This document shows, piece after piece, positions 9,816 through 20,256 of a stretch of DNA of 64,000 bases. Position numbers and translations under genes: made by a program. The notes under the pieces were generated by a model that was given only the letters and a program-made list of their open reading frames with translations, was not told the origin of the DNA and searched no databases. The stretch is from Desulfomonilia bacterium. Lineage in GTDB: Bacteria > Desulfobacterota > Desulfomonilia > UBA1062. Within the stretch, counting starts at the first letter, position 1. Each line of letters starts with the position of its first letter. Location: the NCBI GenBank assembly GCA_963664325.2, contig CAXXDQ010000007.1, forward strand, positions 416,001-480,000, read 5' to 3'.

Positions 9816-10736
9816 ATGAATGCAGAGTTTGAAAATGGATTACTAAATATCACATTAAGCTCAAGCAGGCTTACTGGAGAAATTGCAGGTTATATCCTTG
9901 GATCGGGAGGAAAACGCCTAAGACCAAAACTTGTCCTGATGATAGGAGAGGCTGTAGGTGTTGATCCCGAAAGTATTATGCCTATGGCCTATTCAGTAGA
10001 AATTCTTCATACTGCAAGCCTCCTTCATGATGATGTTGTTGACGGAACCGAAATAAGAAGATCCAGACCAACGGCGAATCAGGTATATGGTGATAAACCT
10101 GCTCTTCTTGCCGGTGATTTTCTCTCCGCAACGGCAATGAATATAATATTTTCCCTTGGAAATCTGGGCCTTGCACAATCAATAGTAAGAACAATAATCA
10201 AAATGGCTGAAGGAGAGTTGAAGGAAATTGAATATGCAGCCTCCTTTCATAAAGATATAAATGTATATCTTGATATTATATATTTAAAGACAGCATCACT
10301 CTTTGAACTTTGTACAATTACCCCGGGACTCATAGCGGGCTTGGATTCGAACAAAATTGACGCACTTGCCGATTTTGGAAAAAATATAGGCATGGCATTC
10401 CAAATTGTGGATGATGTGATAAATGTTTATCCGCTTAAAGACGGCAACAAGGATGAATGCAATGATATTTTCGAACGAAAATCAACACTCCCTCTTATTT
10501 ATTTATTCAATGACAAACCTGATTTGATTTCTGATCTTTCTTCTTCCGATGACCCTGATAAATGGCTAGATCTTATATTACCAGAGCTTGACCATGATAT
10601 TTTATACAGATGTAAAACAACCGTGGTTGAATACCTCGATAATGCTATTTCATCAATAAGACAGGCAGGTTTCCTTACAGAAAAAATGCTTAAACTGCCT
10701 GAAACTATTCTTGGCCCTATTGAAATCAGGCTTTAA
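9816..10736 (+). CDS. Polyprenyl diphosphate synthase (IspB-like)
   Basis: GGKRLRP, LLHDDVVD, KTASLF, AFQIVDD. Confidence 0.88.
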   Translation: MNAEFENGLLNITLSSSRLTGEIAGYILGSGGKRLRPKLVLMIGEAVGVDPESIMPMAYSVEILHTASLLHDDVVDGTEIRRSRPTANQVYGDKPALLAGDFLSATAMNIIFSLGNLGLAQSIVRTIIKMAEGELKEIEYAASFHKDINVYLDIIYLKTASLFELCTITPGLIAGLDSNKIDALADFGKNIGMAFQIVDDVINVYPLKDGNKDECNDIFERKSTLPLIYLFNDKPDLISDLSSSDDPDKWLDLILPELDHDILYRCKTTVVEYLDNAISSIRQAGFLTEKMLKLPETILGPIEIRL

Positions 10737-10869
10737 CTCTATAACCGTATTCTTAGGCACTTATTCACACTTAATCCCATATTATTGTTTACATGGTTAT
10801 TGATTTCTTCCTCATTAGTAACTAATTCAATATTAATAGATCACTCTTGCTGCCAAAGGAGATTGGAAA

Positions 10870-11814
10870 GTGGAATATAAAGACTATTACAAAATTCTTG
10901 GTGTTGATAGAAATGCAACACAGGATGATATTAAAAAGTCATATAGAAAACTTGCGAGAAAGTGTCATCCAGATACCTGCAAAGATGATCCGAATGCAGA
11001 AAACAAGTTTAAGGAAATCAACGAAGCGCATGAGGTGTTAAGCGATCCGGAAAAGAGATCGAGGTACGACGCCCTTGGCAGCAATTGGCAGCAGGGTCAG
11101 AATTTCACACCTCCTCCGGGTTTCGAGCAGTTCTTTGATTTAGGGGGACAGTCTAGACATGGCAGATCTTTCAGGTTCGATTTCGGCGAATCCCCGCGTT
11201 CGTCGGGAGGCAATTTTTCAGATTTTTTTGAAACACTTTTCGGTGGTTTCGGGGGAATGGGAGGTGCACCTGAACAGCACCCATTCAGGAGGCAGGCGCC
11301 CACTGGCAGTGATATCGAAAGCGAAATAGCGATTACACTCGAAGATGCGTATAAAGGTGGAACAAAAGAAATTGCACTTCAGGGACCGAATGGTATTAAA
11401 AGGCTTAATTTCAAGATTCCCAAAGAAGCACATGACGGGATGAAAATAAGGCTTTCAGGCCAGGGAAATCCAGGCCCAGGAGGTTCGGGAGATTTATATC
11501 TGATACTGCGTATCCAGCAGGATAGCAGGTTTAAAATTGAGGGTGAAAACTTGATCATGGACGTACCTGTTATGCCCTGGGATGCAGCTTTGGGTGAAAC
11601 TATGGAAATTGAAACACTTGAAGGGAAAGTCAAACTTAGAATCCCTGCCGGGATATCGACGGGCCAGAGGTTAAGATTCAAAGGACGAGGACTCTCCCAT
11701 AAAGGTGACTTATTTGCCCAGATTAAAATCGTGCTTCCTGCCCAGTTAAGCAATGAACAGAAAAAATTGTTCGGTGAACTAAAAAAGGCCTCGGAAAGAA
11801 ATAAAGGTGAATAG
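10870..11814 (+). CDS. cbpA: DnaJ class II chaperone / curved DNA-binding protein CbpA
   Basis: J domain with HPD, G/F-rich linker and C-terminal domain; no Zn finger. Confidence 0.85.
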   Translation: MEYKDYYKILGVDRNATQDDIKKSYRKLARKCHPDTCKDDPNAENKFKEINEAHEVLSDPEKRSRYDALGSNWQQGQNFTPPPGFEQFFDLGGQSRHGRSFRFDFGESPRSSGGNFSDFFETLFGGFGGMGGAPEQHPFRRQAPTGSDIESEIAITLEDAYKGGTKEIALQGPNGIKRLNFKIPKEAHDGMKIRLSGQGNPGPGGSGDLYLILRIQQDSRFKIEGENLIMDVPVMPWDAALGETMEIETLEGKVKLRIPAGISTGQRLRFKGRGLSHKGDLFAQIKIVLPAQLSNEQKKLFGELKKASERNKGE

Positions 11815-11836
11815 CAGTCTTTAAATGCTATTCACC
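11806..11836. terminator. Hairpin between convergent cbpA and comEA
   Basis: GGTGAATAGCA-gtctttaaa-TGCTATTCACC, an 11-bp perfect inverted repeat. Confidence 0.55.
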
Positions 11837-11854
11837 GGTTGGTATCTACTTTTT

Positions 11855-12184
11855 TTACTTGACTACTTTTAGTGTTGACTTGCCTTCAAGCATACAGAAT
11901 GGCCTTATTAAATTGAGTTTGGCTTTCCCGATGCCCTTTATTTTATCGAGTTCATTTACCGATTTGAACTGTCCGTGTGAACTGCGGTATGCAACAATGG
12001 CATCAGCCTTTTTCTGTCCTATCCCGGGCAGCATTTGAAATTCTATGGAAGTAGCCGTGTTAATGTTAAGCTTTCCTTCGAGTACATCATTACTCATCCC
12101 CGGTTTTTTCCCTGTTGCTGCATACAAAGAAAAGGACATTAGAATCGTTAAAACCACCATCATTGAAACAACCACTTTTTTCAT
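11855..12184 (-). CDS. comEA: ComEA-family helix-hairpin-helix DNA-binding protein
   Basis: Signal peptide; LNINTAT, LPGIG..KA..IVAYR, IKGIG. Confidence 0.85.
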   Translation of the reverse strand: MKKVVVSMMVVLTILMSFSLYAATGKKPGMSNDVLEGKLNINTATSIEFQMLPGIGQKKADAIVAYRSSHGQFKSVNELDKIKGIGKAKLNLIRPFCMLEGKSTLKVVK

Positions 12185-12479
12185 ATCTCTAAACCTCCTT
12201 GAATAATTTTATTTCACTTTTATAATTCCTTAATAAATGATCATATTATGCTTGTCAAGCTTTTTCTTATTTATCATATTGGGAATATATTGTTTCTTTT
12301 TAACACAATTTAATAATATCAATTTTGAATTAAAGCCAAGAGGATGTTGATGTCAGATAGGATTGAACGAATTCGAAATAACTGTCTGTTACTATTGTTT
12401 GTTGATTAGTATCGAAACTTCTTTGCAGAAATTCTGTTTTTCATGACAAATTTTAACCGGTTCTCATTGAATGTTTTTG

Positions 12480-12520
12480 CAAAAATGCACCCCCTGACCG
12501 GGTACGGCACAGGGGGTATT
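12480..12520 (-). terminator. Rho-independent terminator after gdhA
   Basis: ACCCCCTG...CAGGGGGT stem followed by a T-run on the minus strand. Confidence 0.65.
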
Positions 12521-12545
12521 TCACATGATCGTTTAGGGCTGTTTC

Positions 12546-13874
12546 TTATACACCCTGGTCGATCATGGCATCTGCTACTTTTACAAATCCGCCTATATTA
12601 GCACCGTTTACATAGTTGATAAACTTACCGTCTTTGCCATACTGCACGCATGTCTCATGAATGCTCTGCATGATCTTCTTGAGATTAGCATCTACCTCCT
12701 CTCTTGTCCAGGAAAGACGCATACTGTTCTGGCTCATTTCAAGGCCTGAAGTTGCTACGCCACCTGCATTTGCTGCTTTTCCTGGACCATAAAGGATCTT
12801 TGCTTTCAGAAAAACTTCTATTCCACCAGGTTCGGTCGGCATGTTTGCACCTTCGGATATGCATATGCAGCCGTTCTTAACCAGCGTTTCAGCATCTTTC
12901 TTGCTTATTTCATTTTGCGTTGCTGATGGGAAAGCCACATCGCATTTGACGAACCAAGGGCGTTTCCCTTCGTAATATTTGGCTTTGGGATATTTTCTCA
13001 CATATTCTTTAATCCTGCCGCGTATAACGTTTTTAAGTTCCAAAACATACGCAAGCTTTTCATCATTAATGCCTGCCTCATCAACAATTGTTCCATCGGA
13101 ATCGGAAAGGGTTATGACCTTTGCCCCAAGTTGATTGCATTTCTCAACTGTATACTGCGCAACATTTCCGGAACCTGAAACTGCAATAACCTTCCCATCA
13201 AATTTTTCCTTTCTGGTTCCAAGCATTTCCTCTGCAAAGTATGTTGCCCCGTAGCCTGTTGCTTCCGGCCTGATAAGGCTTCCGCCCCATGCCAGACCTT
13301 TACCTGTAAGTACGCCTGTAACTTCATTAGCCAGTCTTTTATACTGCCCATAAAGATAGCCTATCTCTCGTCCGCCAACACCTATATCGCCTGCCGGCAC
13401 ATCGGTAAATTGGCCTATATGACGGAAAAGCTCTGACATAAAACTCTGACAGAAACGCATTACTTCAGCATCACTTTTACCCTTGGGGTCAAAATCCGAT
13501 CCACCCTTTCCCCCGCCCATTGGAAGCGTTGTCAGGGAATTTTTAAAAACCTGTTCGAATGCAAGAAATTTCAGAATGCCAAGATTTACACTAGGATGAA
13601 AACGGAGTCCCCCTTTGTAAGGTCCTATTGCGCTGTTCATCTGAATACGGAAACCGCGGTTCACCTGGATTTCCCCCTTATCATCTACCCATGGAACACG
13701 GAACATGATTACACGTTCGGGCTCGACAATTCTTTCAAGGATCTTCGCTTTCTTGTACTTGGTGTTCTTGTCGACAAATTTTTCAAGCGACTCGAAAACT
13801 TCCCATACGGCCTGATGAAACTCCAACTCTCCTGGATTTTTGGCTTTCACCTTTTCAAACAACTCTTTGATCAT
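12546..13874 (-). CDS. gdhA: NADP-specific glutamate dehydrogenase
   Basis: GPYKGGLRFHPSV, GGGKGG, DVPAGDIGVG, RPEATGYG, GSGNVA, EGANMP. Confidence 0.96.
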   Translation of the reverse strand: MIKELFEKVKAKNPGELEFHQAVWEVFESLEKFVDKNTKYKKAKILERIVEPERVIMFRVPWVDDKGEIQVNRGFRIQMNSAIGPYKGGLRFHPSVNLGILKFLAFEQVFKNSLTTLPMGGGKGGSDFDPKGKSDAEVMRFCQSFMSELFRHIGQFTDVPAGDIGVGGREIGYLYGQYKRLANEVTGVLTGKGLAWGGSLIRPEATGYGATYFAEEMLGTRKEKFDGKVIAVSGSGNVAQYTVEKCNQLGAKVITLSDSDGTIVDEAGINDEKLAYVLELKNVIRGRIKEYVRKYPKAKYYEGKRPWFVKCDVAFPSATQNEISKKDAETLVKNGCICISEGANMPTEPGGIEVFLKAKILYGPGKAANAGGVATSGLEMSQNSMRLSWTREEVDANLKKIMQSIHETCVQYGKDGKFINYVNGANIGGFVKVADAMIDQGV

Positions 13875-13910
13875 AACACCTCCATGTATTGTGTTGAATT
13901 ATTATATTTA

Positions 13911-14078
13911 TTACGGCATTAATTTGCCGTAACATAATTTATATATATTTTAGCTATCATCACCAACCTGTCTTGTCAACAGTTATGACGGCTTTTTATG
14001 CTATTTTACAGGTTATTTTATTTGCGGCAATATTGCCGTTTATATTATTATTATTTATTATCATCGGCAATATTGCCC
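13911..14078. promoter_or_regulatory. Three GGCA-N4/6-TGCC palindromes (candidate NrpR operators)
   Basis: TTACGGCATTAATTTGCCGTAA at 13911-13932, CGGCAATATTGCCG at 14025-14038, CGGCAATATTGCCC at 14065-14078, all in the AT-rich gdhA/nrpR spacer. Confidence 0.6.
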
Positions 14079-14188
14079 AATCATAGTATAGCTCTTTGTT
14101 TGATTAAACTGTTGCATCATCAATTTCAAACGGCAAAAATACGTGTGCTACACCTTGACATGAGAGAAAATTTACAGGAAAAGACCTT

Positions 14189-15199
14189 ATGGAAGAAAGA
14201 AAAAGCAGAAAAAAAATGCTTATCCTGAATGTACTCAGAGATTCAGGAAAACCTGTAGGTAGTTCTCACATAATGGATGAACTCAGATATGCCGGCCAGT
14301 ATATGAGCGAGCGGGCAATAAGGATGTATCTTAAAGAGCTTGATGATGAAGGTCTGACATCCAAGAATGGAAGGAAGGGTCGCAGTATTTCAGAAATGGG
14401 TTTGAGAGAAATCGAATCGTCCAAGATATTAGAAAGGGTCGGGTTTCTCTCTGCAAGAATAGACCAGATCACTTATAGAATGAGCTTTGACCTCAAGGAG
14501 AAAACCGGTACTGTCATAGTCAATATATCTATCGTTAAGCCAACGCAGGTAAAAGATAATCTTGATTCAATCTATCATGTATATGAAAACGGCTTTGCCA
14601 TGGGTGAAATGATAGCTCTTTTCGGGGCAGGTGAGAATATCGGAACCATCACTATCCCGGATGGCATGGTCGGTATAGGCACGGTCTGTTCAATAACCCT
14701 AAACGGTGTGCTTTTGAAAGAAGGAATCCCGATGACTTCAAGATTCGGCGGTTTGCTTGAGGTTAGAGATTATAAACCGTCAAGGTTTGTCGAAATTATC
14801 ATGTATGATGGTACAAGCCTCGATCCCCTTGAAATATTCATCAAAAGCGGAATGACGGATAACTCAGGAGCGATATCAACCGGAAAAGGCCGAATAGGGG
14901 CAGGGTTCAGAGAATTCCCGACAGACTGTCTCGAAAAAGTATACGAAGTTGACAGTGAACTCAAGAAAACCGGGCTTGGCGGTTTCAACCTGATAGGAAG
15001 GCCCGGCCAGTCATTGCTTGAAATTCCTGTTGGTGAAGGCCGAATAGGTTCGGTGGTTATCGGCGGACTTAATCCGATTGCAATACTCGAGGAAAAAGGC
15101 ATTCGTATCTATTCAAGGGCCTTGGCAGGAATTATCGATTATGACAGGCTTTTCCACTTCACAGCTTTGGGAACATATTTAAAGCCTCACCTTAGTTAA
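14189..15199 (+). CDS. nrpR: NrpR-family (DUF128) nitrogen regulator: winged HTH plus one NRD domain
   Basis: SERAIRMYLKELDDEGLT wHTH; TVCSITLNGVLL, YDGTSLDPLEIFI, GGLNP. Confidence 0.85.
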   Translation: MEERKSRKKMLILNVLRDSGKPVGSSHIMDELRYAGQYMSERAIRMYLKELDDEGLTSKNGRKGRSISEMGLREIESSKILERVGFLSARIDQITYRMSFDLKEKTGTVIVNISIVKPTQVKDNLDSIYHVYENGFAMGEMIALFGAGENIGTITIPDGMVGIGTVCSITLNGVLLKEGIPMTSRFGGLLEVRDYKPSRFVEIIMYDGTSLDPLEIFIKSGMTDNSGAISTGKGRIGAGFREFPTDCLEKVYEVDSELKKTGLGGFNLIGRPGQSLLEIPVGEGRIGSVVIGGLNPIAILEEKGIRIYSRALAGIIDYDRLFHFTALGTYLKPHLS

Positions 15200-15200
15200 T

Positions 15201-16148
15201 TCAAATTTGTCTGCTTTTCAAATAAGCCTGTTCTGCAAGGGCCAGAGCGCCGCATGTACCAGCCCTGTCACCAAGACCCGGCGGTACAATATATTCATCT
15301 ATCTTTTTCATGAGCATATCATGTTTGACATACCCATTAAGGAGTTTCCTGACGCGGGTACGTATCATATCAATAAGGCCAGGTGCTTTCATGACCCCGC
15401 CCCCTGCAATAATACGCTGAGGTGATATCATGAGGGCATAACTGGCGAATGCATAAGCCAGATAATCGGCTTCCAGCACCCAACCCGGGTGTCCGGAAGG
15501 AAGATCCGAGGCTTTTTCCACACCCCATCTCTTTTGAATGGAAGGGCCTGTGGTTAATCCCTCAAGACAGTCTCCATGATATGGACAGATACCGTCAAAC
15601 GGGTCCCGTGAACGGTCATGCGGGACAAAGATATGCCCCATTTCAGGATGGATCAGTCCGTGCATCATATTCCCTGAAACCATACCTCCGCCTCCTACCC
15701 CAGTCCCGACCGTTATATAAAGAAAGGTATCCAATCCCGTTGCAGCCCCCCATCGGAATTCTCCCAGAGCGGCACCGTTTACGTCCGTATCAAACCCGAC
15801 AGGAAGATCGAAAGCCTTTTTTACGGTTCCTGCAAAATCAAACATCTTCCATCCGGGTTTGGGCGGTGTTGTAGTAAATCCGTAAAGTTCAGAATCCAGA
15901 TTGAGTTCGACAGGGCCGAATGAAGCGATACCGATAGCAGACAGGGGTGTTTTCATATGAATGGCTTTAAAATATTCAATTACCTTTGGTAATATCACAT
16001 CAGGGCGTTCTGTAGGAAATACTGTTTCATAAAAAATATTGCCGTCATCATCCCCGACTGCGCAACAGAACTTGGTACCTCCCGCCTCTATTCCTCCAAA
16101 CAGCACGTCTTTCATCATTGACTCCTGAAAATCTGTTTTAGTCAGCAT
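15201..16148 (-). CDS. ROK family sugar kinase (fructokinase-like)
   Basis: GIEAGGTK, DTDVNGAALGE, GTGVGGG, HPEMGH, CPYHGDCLEG. Confidence 0.9.
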   Translation of the reverse strand: MLTKTDFQESMMKDVLFGGIEAGGTKFCCAVGDDDGNIFYETVFPTERPDVILPKVIEYFKAIHMKTPLSAIGIASFGPVELNLDSELYGFTTTPPKPGWKMFDFAGTVKKAFDLPVGFDTDVNGAALGEFRWGAATGLDTFLYITVGTGVGGGGMVSGNMMHGLIHPEMGHIFVPHDRSRDPFDGICPYHGDCLEGLTTGPSIQKRWGVEKASDLPSGHPGWVLEADYLAYAFASYALMISPQRIIAGGGVMKAPGLIDMIRTRVRKLLNGYVKHDMLMKKIDEYIVPPGLGDRAGTCGALALAEQAYLKSRQI

Positions 16149-16169
16149 CTTATTTAACTATATTTATTT

Positions 16170-16991
16170 AATTGGTGCTATGTATTTTGACGACAAATTG
16201 CCTTTAGCTATCACGTTGGATATTTTTGAAAATCCGAATCCCATCATATTAATCTCAGGGATTGCCTGAAGCAAGCCTTAAAAGGTTTCTCCTTCAGGAT
16301 GGTTAAAATACATCAGGACAATATCCCCATGTTCTGCAGAAAGAAGAAATGACCTGACCTTATCCCTGTTTGCAGTAGCCCCGTGATCACCGTTGATGCT
16401 GAATCCTGTGATCTTGTATCCAAGCCTTGCTGCAACATCCACACATATATCATCGATGTTGGCGGTACTGGGTCTGTAAAAAGACGGTTTAAGCCCGGTT
16501 AGCGCCTTGATTTTTTCTTGCATTAAGCTCAATTCCGTCCACCATCTCGGTCAAATCGGCTGCACCTTTTACCCTGTAAGCCTCTTTGCCTCATGAAGTA
16601 AACGGTTTATGCAAAAACCGTAATTCTCAATTTCGAAAAGACCTGTGGCTGCGAGAAATGAAAATACATCGGGATTAGCATCAATCCACCTTGCATTTAT
16701 AAACAAGGTGGCAGGAATCATCTCCTTTATCAGATAATCTATCAGCTCTCTGCCATATCCGCTTCGCCTGGATCCTCCCGTCAAAGCGATCACTTTCTCA
16801 TCAGTATCAAATCTTGTCATGATTCCTGTGATATTCTCTTCCCAATCAGCAGGTTTGCGGTCTGCATATTCCGAAACGATAATCCTTCTGAAATCATAAT
16901 ATCTTTCAGGTCTTACCGATCTGATGATTTTTCCATAACTTCCCGCACAACCTGCAAATATGAAAACGATGAGAATGCAGAAGAAAGGCAA
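16170..16991 (-). pseudogene. Degraded polysaccharide deacetylase (lipoprotein-type)
   Basis: Two ORF fragments and an in-frame TAA at 16278. The expected ALTFDAC motif reads ALTGG and ENHG reads ENYG; PATLFINARWI is retained. Confidence 0.7.
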
Positions 16992-17076
16992 CCGGTAGTA
17001 AACCCTTTTGTTTGTTTTATGTTTTTCACTTCCGGAAATTATAACTCATTTTCGAATTCTGATTATCCCGTTCATA

Positions 17077-18330
17077 CTACCTGCAAGGCGGTTCAATGAA
17101 TCGTGAAGTATCACGTTTGAAAAGCCAGGTTATTATCCAGTCCGCCAGAATCTGGAAACGGTTTTTATACCTCGGCAGCATTGCAAGCTTGAAGGCCTTC
17201 CAGAGCATCCATGCAGGAAATCCTTTTAACTTTATGCCATAGACCTCGCTGACGCCTGACATGAATCCTAATGATGCCATATCGCCGCGGTAATTGAACT
17301 TGAAAGGCTTTGATTTTCCATTCTGAATCGCCTTCTGAATATCCCCGGCAACATACACAGCCTGCTGCACCGCGACCGATGCTGTTGAAGCAAGCGGCTT
17401 TCCTTTATCTTTTACACAAGCGAAATCACCGATTACATAAGCGCCGGGATATCCCGGTACCCGTAGATTTTCATCGACAATTATCCGGCCGGATTTGTCT
17501 TTGTCAATATTATCACCGACAGACAGTCCTGGCGCTTTGATGCCTGCCGTCCAAACAAGGATGCCAGTAGGGATGCATGTACCGTCCTTGAGTATGATGC
17601 ATTTTTCATCAACACTTGTAACAGGAGAATTGAGCCGCACTTTAATACCGATTCCGCTTAATCTTCTTAATGCAACTTCCGAGAGATATCCGGGGAATGA
17701 AGGCAGTACATTGCCCGATGCTTCGAGAAGATTGATTGTAATGTCCGACTTGTCAATTTCCGGATACCCGCGCTTCAATATTATGGAAATGAACTGCGCA
17801 ATTTCAGCGACGACCTCGCAGCCGGTACATCCTGCGCCTGCAACACATATTGAAAGAAGCCGTGCTTTTTCATCTGGATCGTTTACGATGGAGGCCTTCT
17901 CCAGAATGCTTATGATTTCATTGCGCAGCCTTATTACATCTGTAATGCCCTTGAACGTTATGGAGCTTTTTTCGACTCCGGGTATTCCATAAAAATTGGA
18001 TATGCTGCCCGGTGCAATTACGATGTAATCAAACAGATGGTTTCCCGATGAAGTATTGATTGATCTGTTCTTGAAATCAACCGATTGAACCTCCTCGCAT
18101 CTTATTCTTACCTTTCTGGGATCAAGAATTTCCCTTACCGGAACGACGATATGCCTAGCGTTGAGCGAACCTGTCGCCACTTCATGCATCATAGGCGTAT
18201 ACAGAAGGTAATTATTCCTGTCGAATATTGTTATCTCGATGCCCTTTTTAATCTTCAACCGCAGGCTGAAAACAGTAAACAGTCCTGCAAAACCGCATCC
18301 CAAAACTCCAATTTTTACAGTTGGCGGCAT
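17077..18330 (-). CDS. ndh: Type II NADH dehydrogenase (NAD(P)/FAD oxidoreductase)
   Basis: GCGFAG, GAGCTGCEV, VWTAG, IGDFA, AVQQA. Confidence 0.85.
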   Translation of the reverse strand: MPPTVKIGVLGCGFAGLFTVFSLRLKIKKGIEITIFDRNNYLLYTPMMHEVATGSLNARHIVVPVREILDPRKVRIRCEEVQSVDFKNRSINTSSGNHLFDYIVIAPGSISNFYGIPGVEKSSITFKGITDVIRLRNEIISILEKASIVNDPDEKARLLSICVAGAGCTGCEVVAEIAQFISIILKRGYPEIDKSDITINLLEASGNVLPSFPGYLSEVALRRLSGIGIKVRLNSPVTSVDEKCIILKDGTCIPTGILVWTAGIKAPGLSVGDNIDKDKSGRIIVDENLRVPGYPGAYVIGDFACVKDKGKPLASTASVAVQQAVYVAGDIQKAIQNGKSKPFKFNYRGDMASLGFMSGVSEVYGIKLKGFPAWMLWKAFKLAMLPRYKNRFQILADWIITWLFKRDTSRFIEPPCR

Positions 18331-18339
18331 ATCGGTTTC

Positions 18340-18699
18340 CTACTTATTAAACAGATTGAATCCTGCATATAAGAGCATGATAATTCCACCTGCTACTGCA
18401 ACAAAATACAGCATGGAAACCCATTTAGGTATAAGCGCAGTTCGGGATTCCACGGAAGAGATTTCATTTTGGAGAGCCTTCTGAATCTCCTCAGGTGATC
18501 TTTTTTCAAGCAGCATGCGCGCCCTTATGCGTCTGAGTTTCTTTACATCTTTCCCTTTGGCCAACCTTAATCTGAGGCCCCAGGTGAAAAATGATACAAA
18601 TGCAAAGAACAATGCAATAACAGCCAGCAGCATACTTCCCTTGTCGAACATCATGATCGCCGCAAAACAGCAAATGAGAAAGCCAAGAAAACCGTTCAC
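18340..18699 (-). CDS. Hypothetical membrane protein
   Basis: 119 aa ORF with three hydrophobic segments; upstream GGAGG. Confidence 0.6.
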   Translation of the reverse strand: MNGFLGFLICCFAAIMMFDKGSMLLAVIALFFAFVSFFTWGLRLRLAKGKDVKKLRRIRARMLLEKRSPEEIQKALQNEISSVESRTALIPKWVSMLYFVAVAGGIIMLLYAGFNLFNK

Positions 18700-18795
18700 T
18701 TCTTTATCCTCCCGATGATTATTTACTGATAATGCAATTATGTCCTTGCTTCAAGAATTTCTTGACCATAATGCCTGATATGTCTATCAATAGTT

Positions 18796-19374
18796 ATGGA
18801 TAATCTTAAATCACTGATAAAAGAACCGATTCACTCGCGTTCAATCACAGTAAAAACATACCGTGTTGATGATAATGCAATGGTTGTTGAAGGAAGGCTC
18901 AGGGACGACAGACTGACAGAAACCTTTTCAATGACCAAGGGCGAAGTAATGCCGGTCGGTGTAATACATGACATGATAATAAGGCTTCTGATCAGGGATG
19001 AAGGCGGTATGAATATTGATAAAGTGGAGGTCGAGCTACATCATGTACCCAGGCATGATTGTCTTATGGTCCATGATTCACTTGACGGCCTTGTGGGCAT
19101 GAAAATAGCCCCGGGTTTCACCGGAATCGTAAAGAACCGGTTCGGCGGGCCGAACGGATGTGCACATCTCAACTCCCTGCTGCTCTCAATGGCATCAGCC
19201 GCTGTCCAGGGATGGTGGACAAACAAGGCCGGAAGCCCTGAGGCTTTGAAGAAGGCAAGTGTGAAACTGGACAGGAGGTTTCTGATAGACACCTGCATTA
19301 TCTGGAAAAAAGACGGCAAGCTTGCTCAAATGGCAATCAAGGCCCTTGAAACCGTCAATGAGGCGGGTGAATAA
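18796..19374 (+). CDS. DUF2889 family protein
   Basis: IHSRSI, HDM, GGPNGCAHL, DTC motifs. Confidence 0.8.
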   Translation: MDNLKSLIKEPIHSRSITVKTYRVDDNAMVVEGRLRDDRLTETFSMTKGEVMPVGVIHDMIIRLLIRDEGGMNIDKVEVELHHVPRHDCLMVHDSLDGLVGMKIAPGFTGIVKNRFGGPNGCAHLNSLLLSMASAAVQGWWTNKAGSPEALKKASVKLDRRFLIDTCIIWKKDGKLAQMAIKALETVNEAGE

Positions 19375-19377
19375 GGC

Positions 19378-20115
19378 ATGCCTGTAATAGGAGGAAGGGC
19401 GCATACCCCTGATGCAGCCGAAAAAGTGGCTGAGTACGGTTATTCTTTTGCTGAAATATCAATTAAGGATCCGGAAGACCTCAGGGCAAATATGGACAGG
19501 CTTCTCTCAATCAGAGACAGGTACGGCATCGGCTATCTGGGGCATTTCCCGAACGAAGACCATCCTGTAAAACCTGATGTGCTCAGAGAGATCTTTCTTC
19601 CCAAGATTAAAGGCATCCTTGACCTGTGTCATGAAATATCGATCACCAAATGTACTCTTCATTTCTGGATGGATTCCAGGTGGATCGACGCCGGCATAGC
19701 AAGGGCCAAAATCCCGATTCTGAAAGAGCTTGTTGAATATGCCTCGTCGTGCGGAGTAACAATATGCATAGAAAACCTCAGTGAACATTATGAAAGTTTC
19801 ATGCCTTTATTTGATGAAATCCCCGAACTAAAGATGACCCTGGACATCGGTCATGCTCAGCTGCTTTCAAAAAAAAACGCATCGTTTGACTTCATAAAAT
19901 ATTGCTTTGACAGAATCAACCATATGCATGTCCATGACAACCACGGCGGCACCAGGCTCGAGGACGATCAGCACCTGCCGCTCGGACAGGGCTTGATCGG
20001 TTATCCCGCGATCTTCACTGAACTTAAAGAAAAAGGTTATAATTCAACAATAACGATGGAATTAAAACCTGAAGAACTAAAACAGACTGAGGCCGAAATT
20101 AGGAAATACTTGTAA
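19378..20115 (+). CDS. Sugar phosphate isomerase/epimerase (AP endonuclease 2 TIM barrel)
   Basis: CIENL, LDIGHA, HVHDN, HLPLGQG, TME. Confidence 0.85.
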   Translation: MPVIGGRAHTPDAAEKVAEYGYSFAEISIKDPEDLRANMDRLLSIRDRYGIGYLGHFPNEDHPVKPDVLREIFLPKIKGILDLCHEISITKCTLHFWMDSRWIDAGIARAKIPILKELVEYASSCGVTICIENLSEHYESFMPLFDEIPELKMTLDIGHAQLLSKKNASFDFIKYCFDRINHMHVHDNHGGTRLEDDQHLPLGQGLIGYPAIFTELKEKGYNSTITMELKPEELKQTEAEIRKYL

Positions 20116-20256
20116 AGATCAATAATAAGAGAAAGCCGGGGAAATCCCCCATTGCATCTTTTTAAAAAATATTCCCTATCCAAGAGGACTGAAGAGGATC
20201 AATTGAGAATCTGGAATAATCTTCGGCGGACAATGAGCTTATGAAAACCGGCTGTA

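Noticed and set aside
16170-16991. Intact deacetylase broken only by sequencing error
   Set aside because: It also has an in-frame stop and has lost catalytic Asp/His residues, consistent with real decay.
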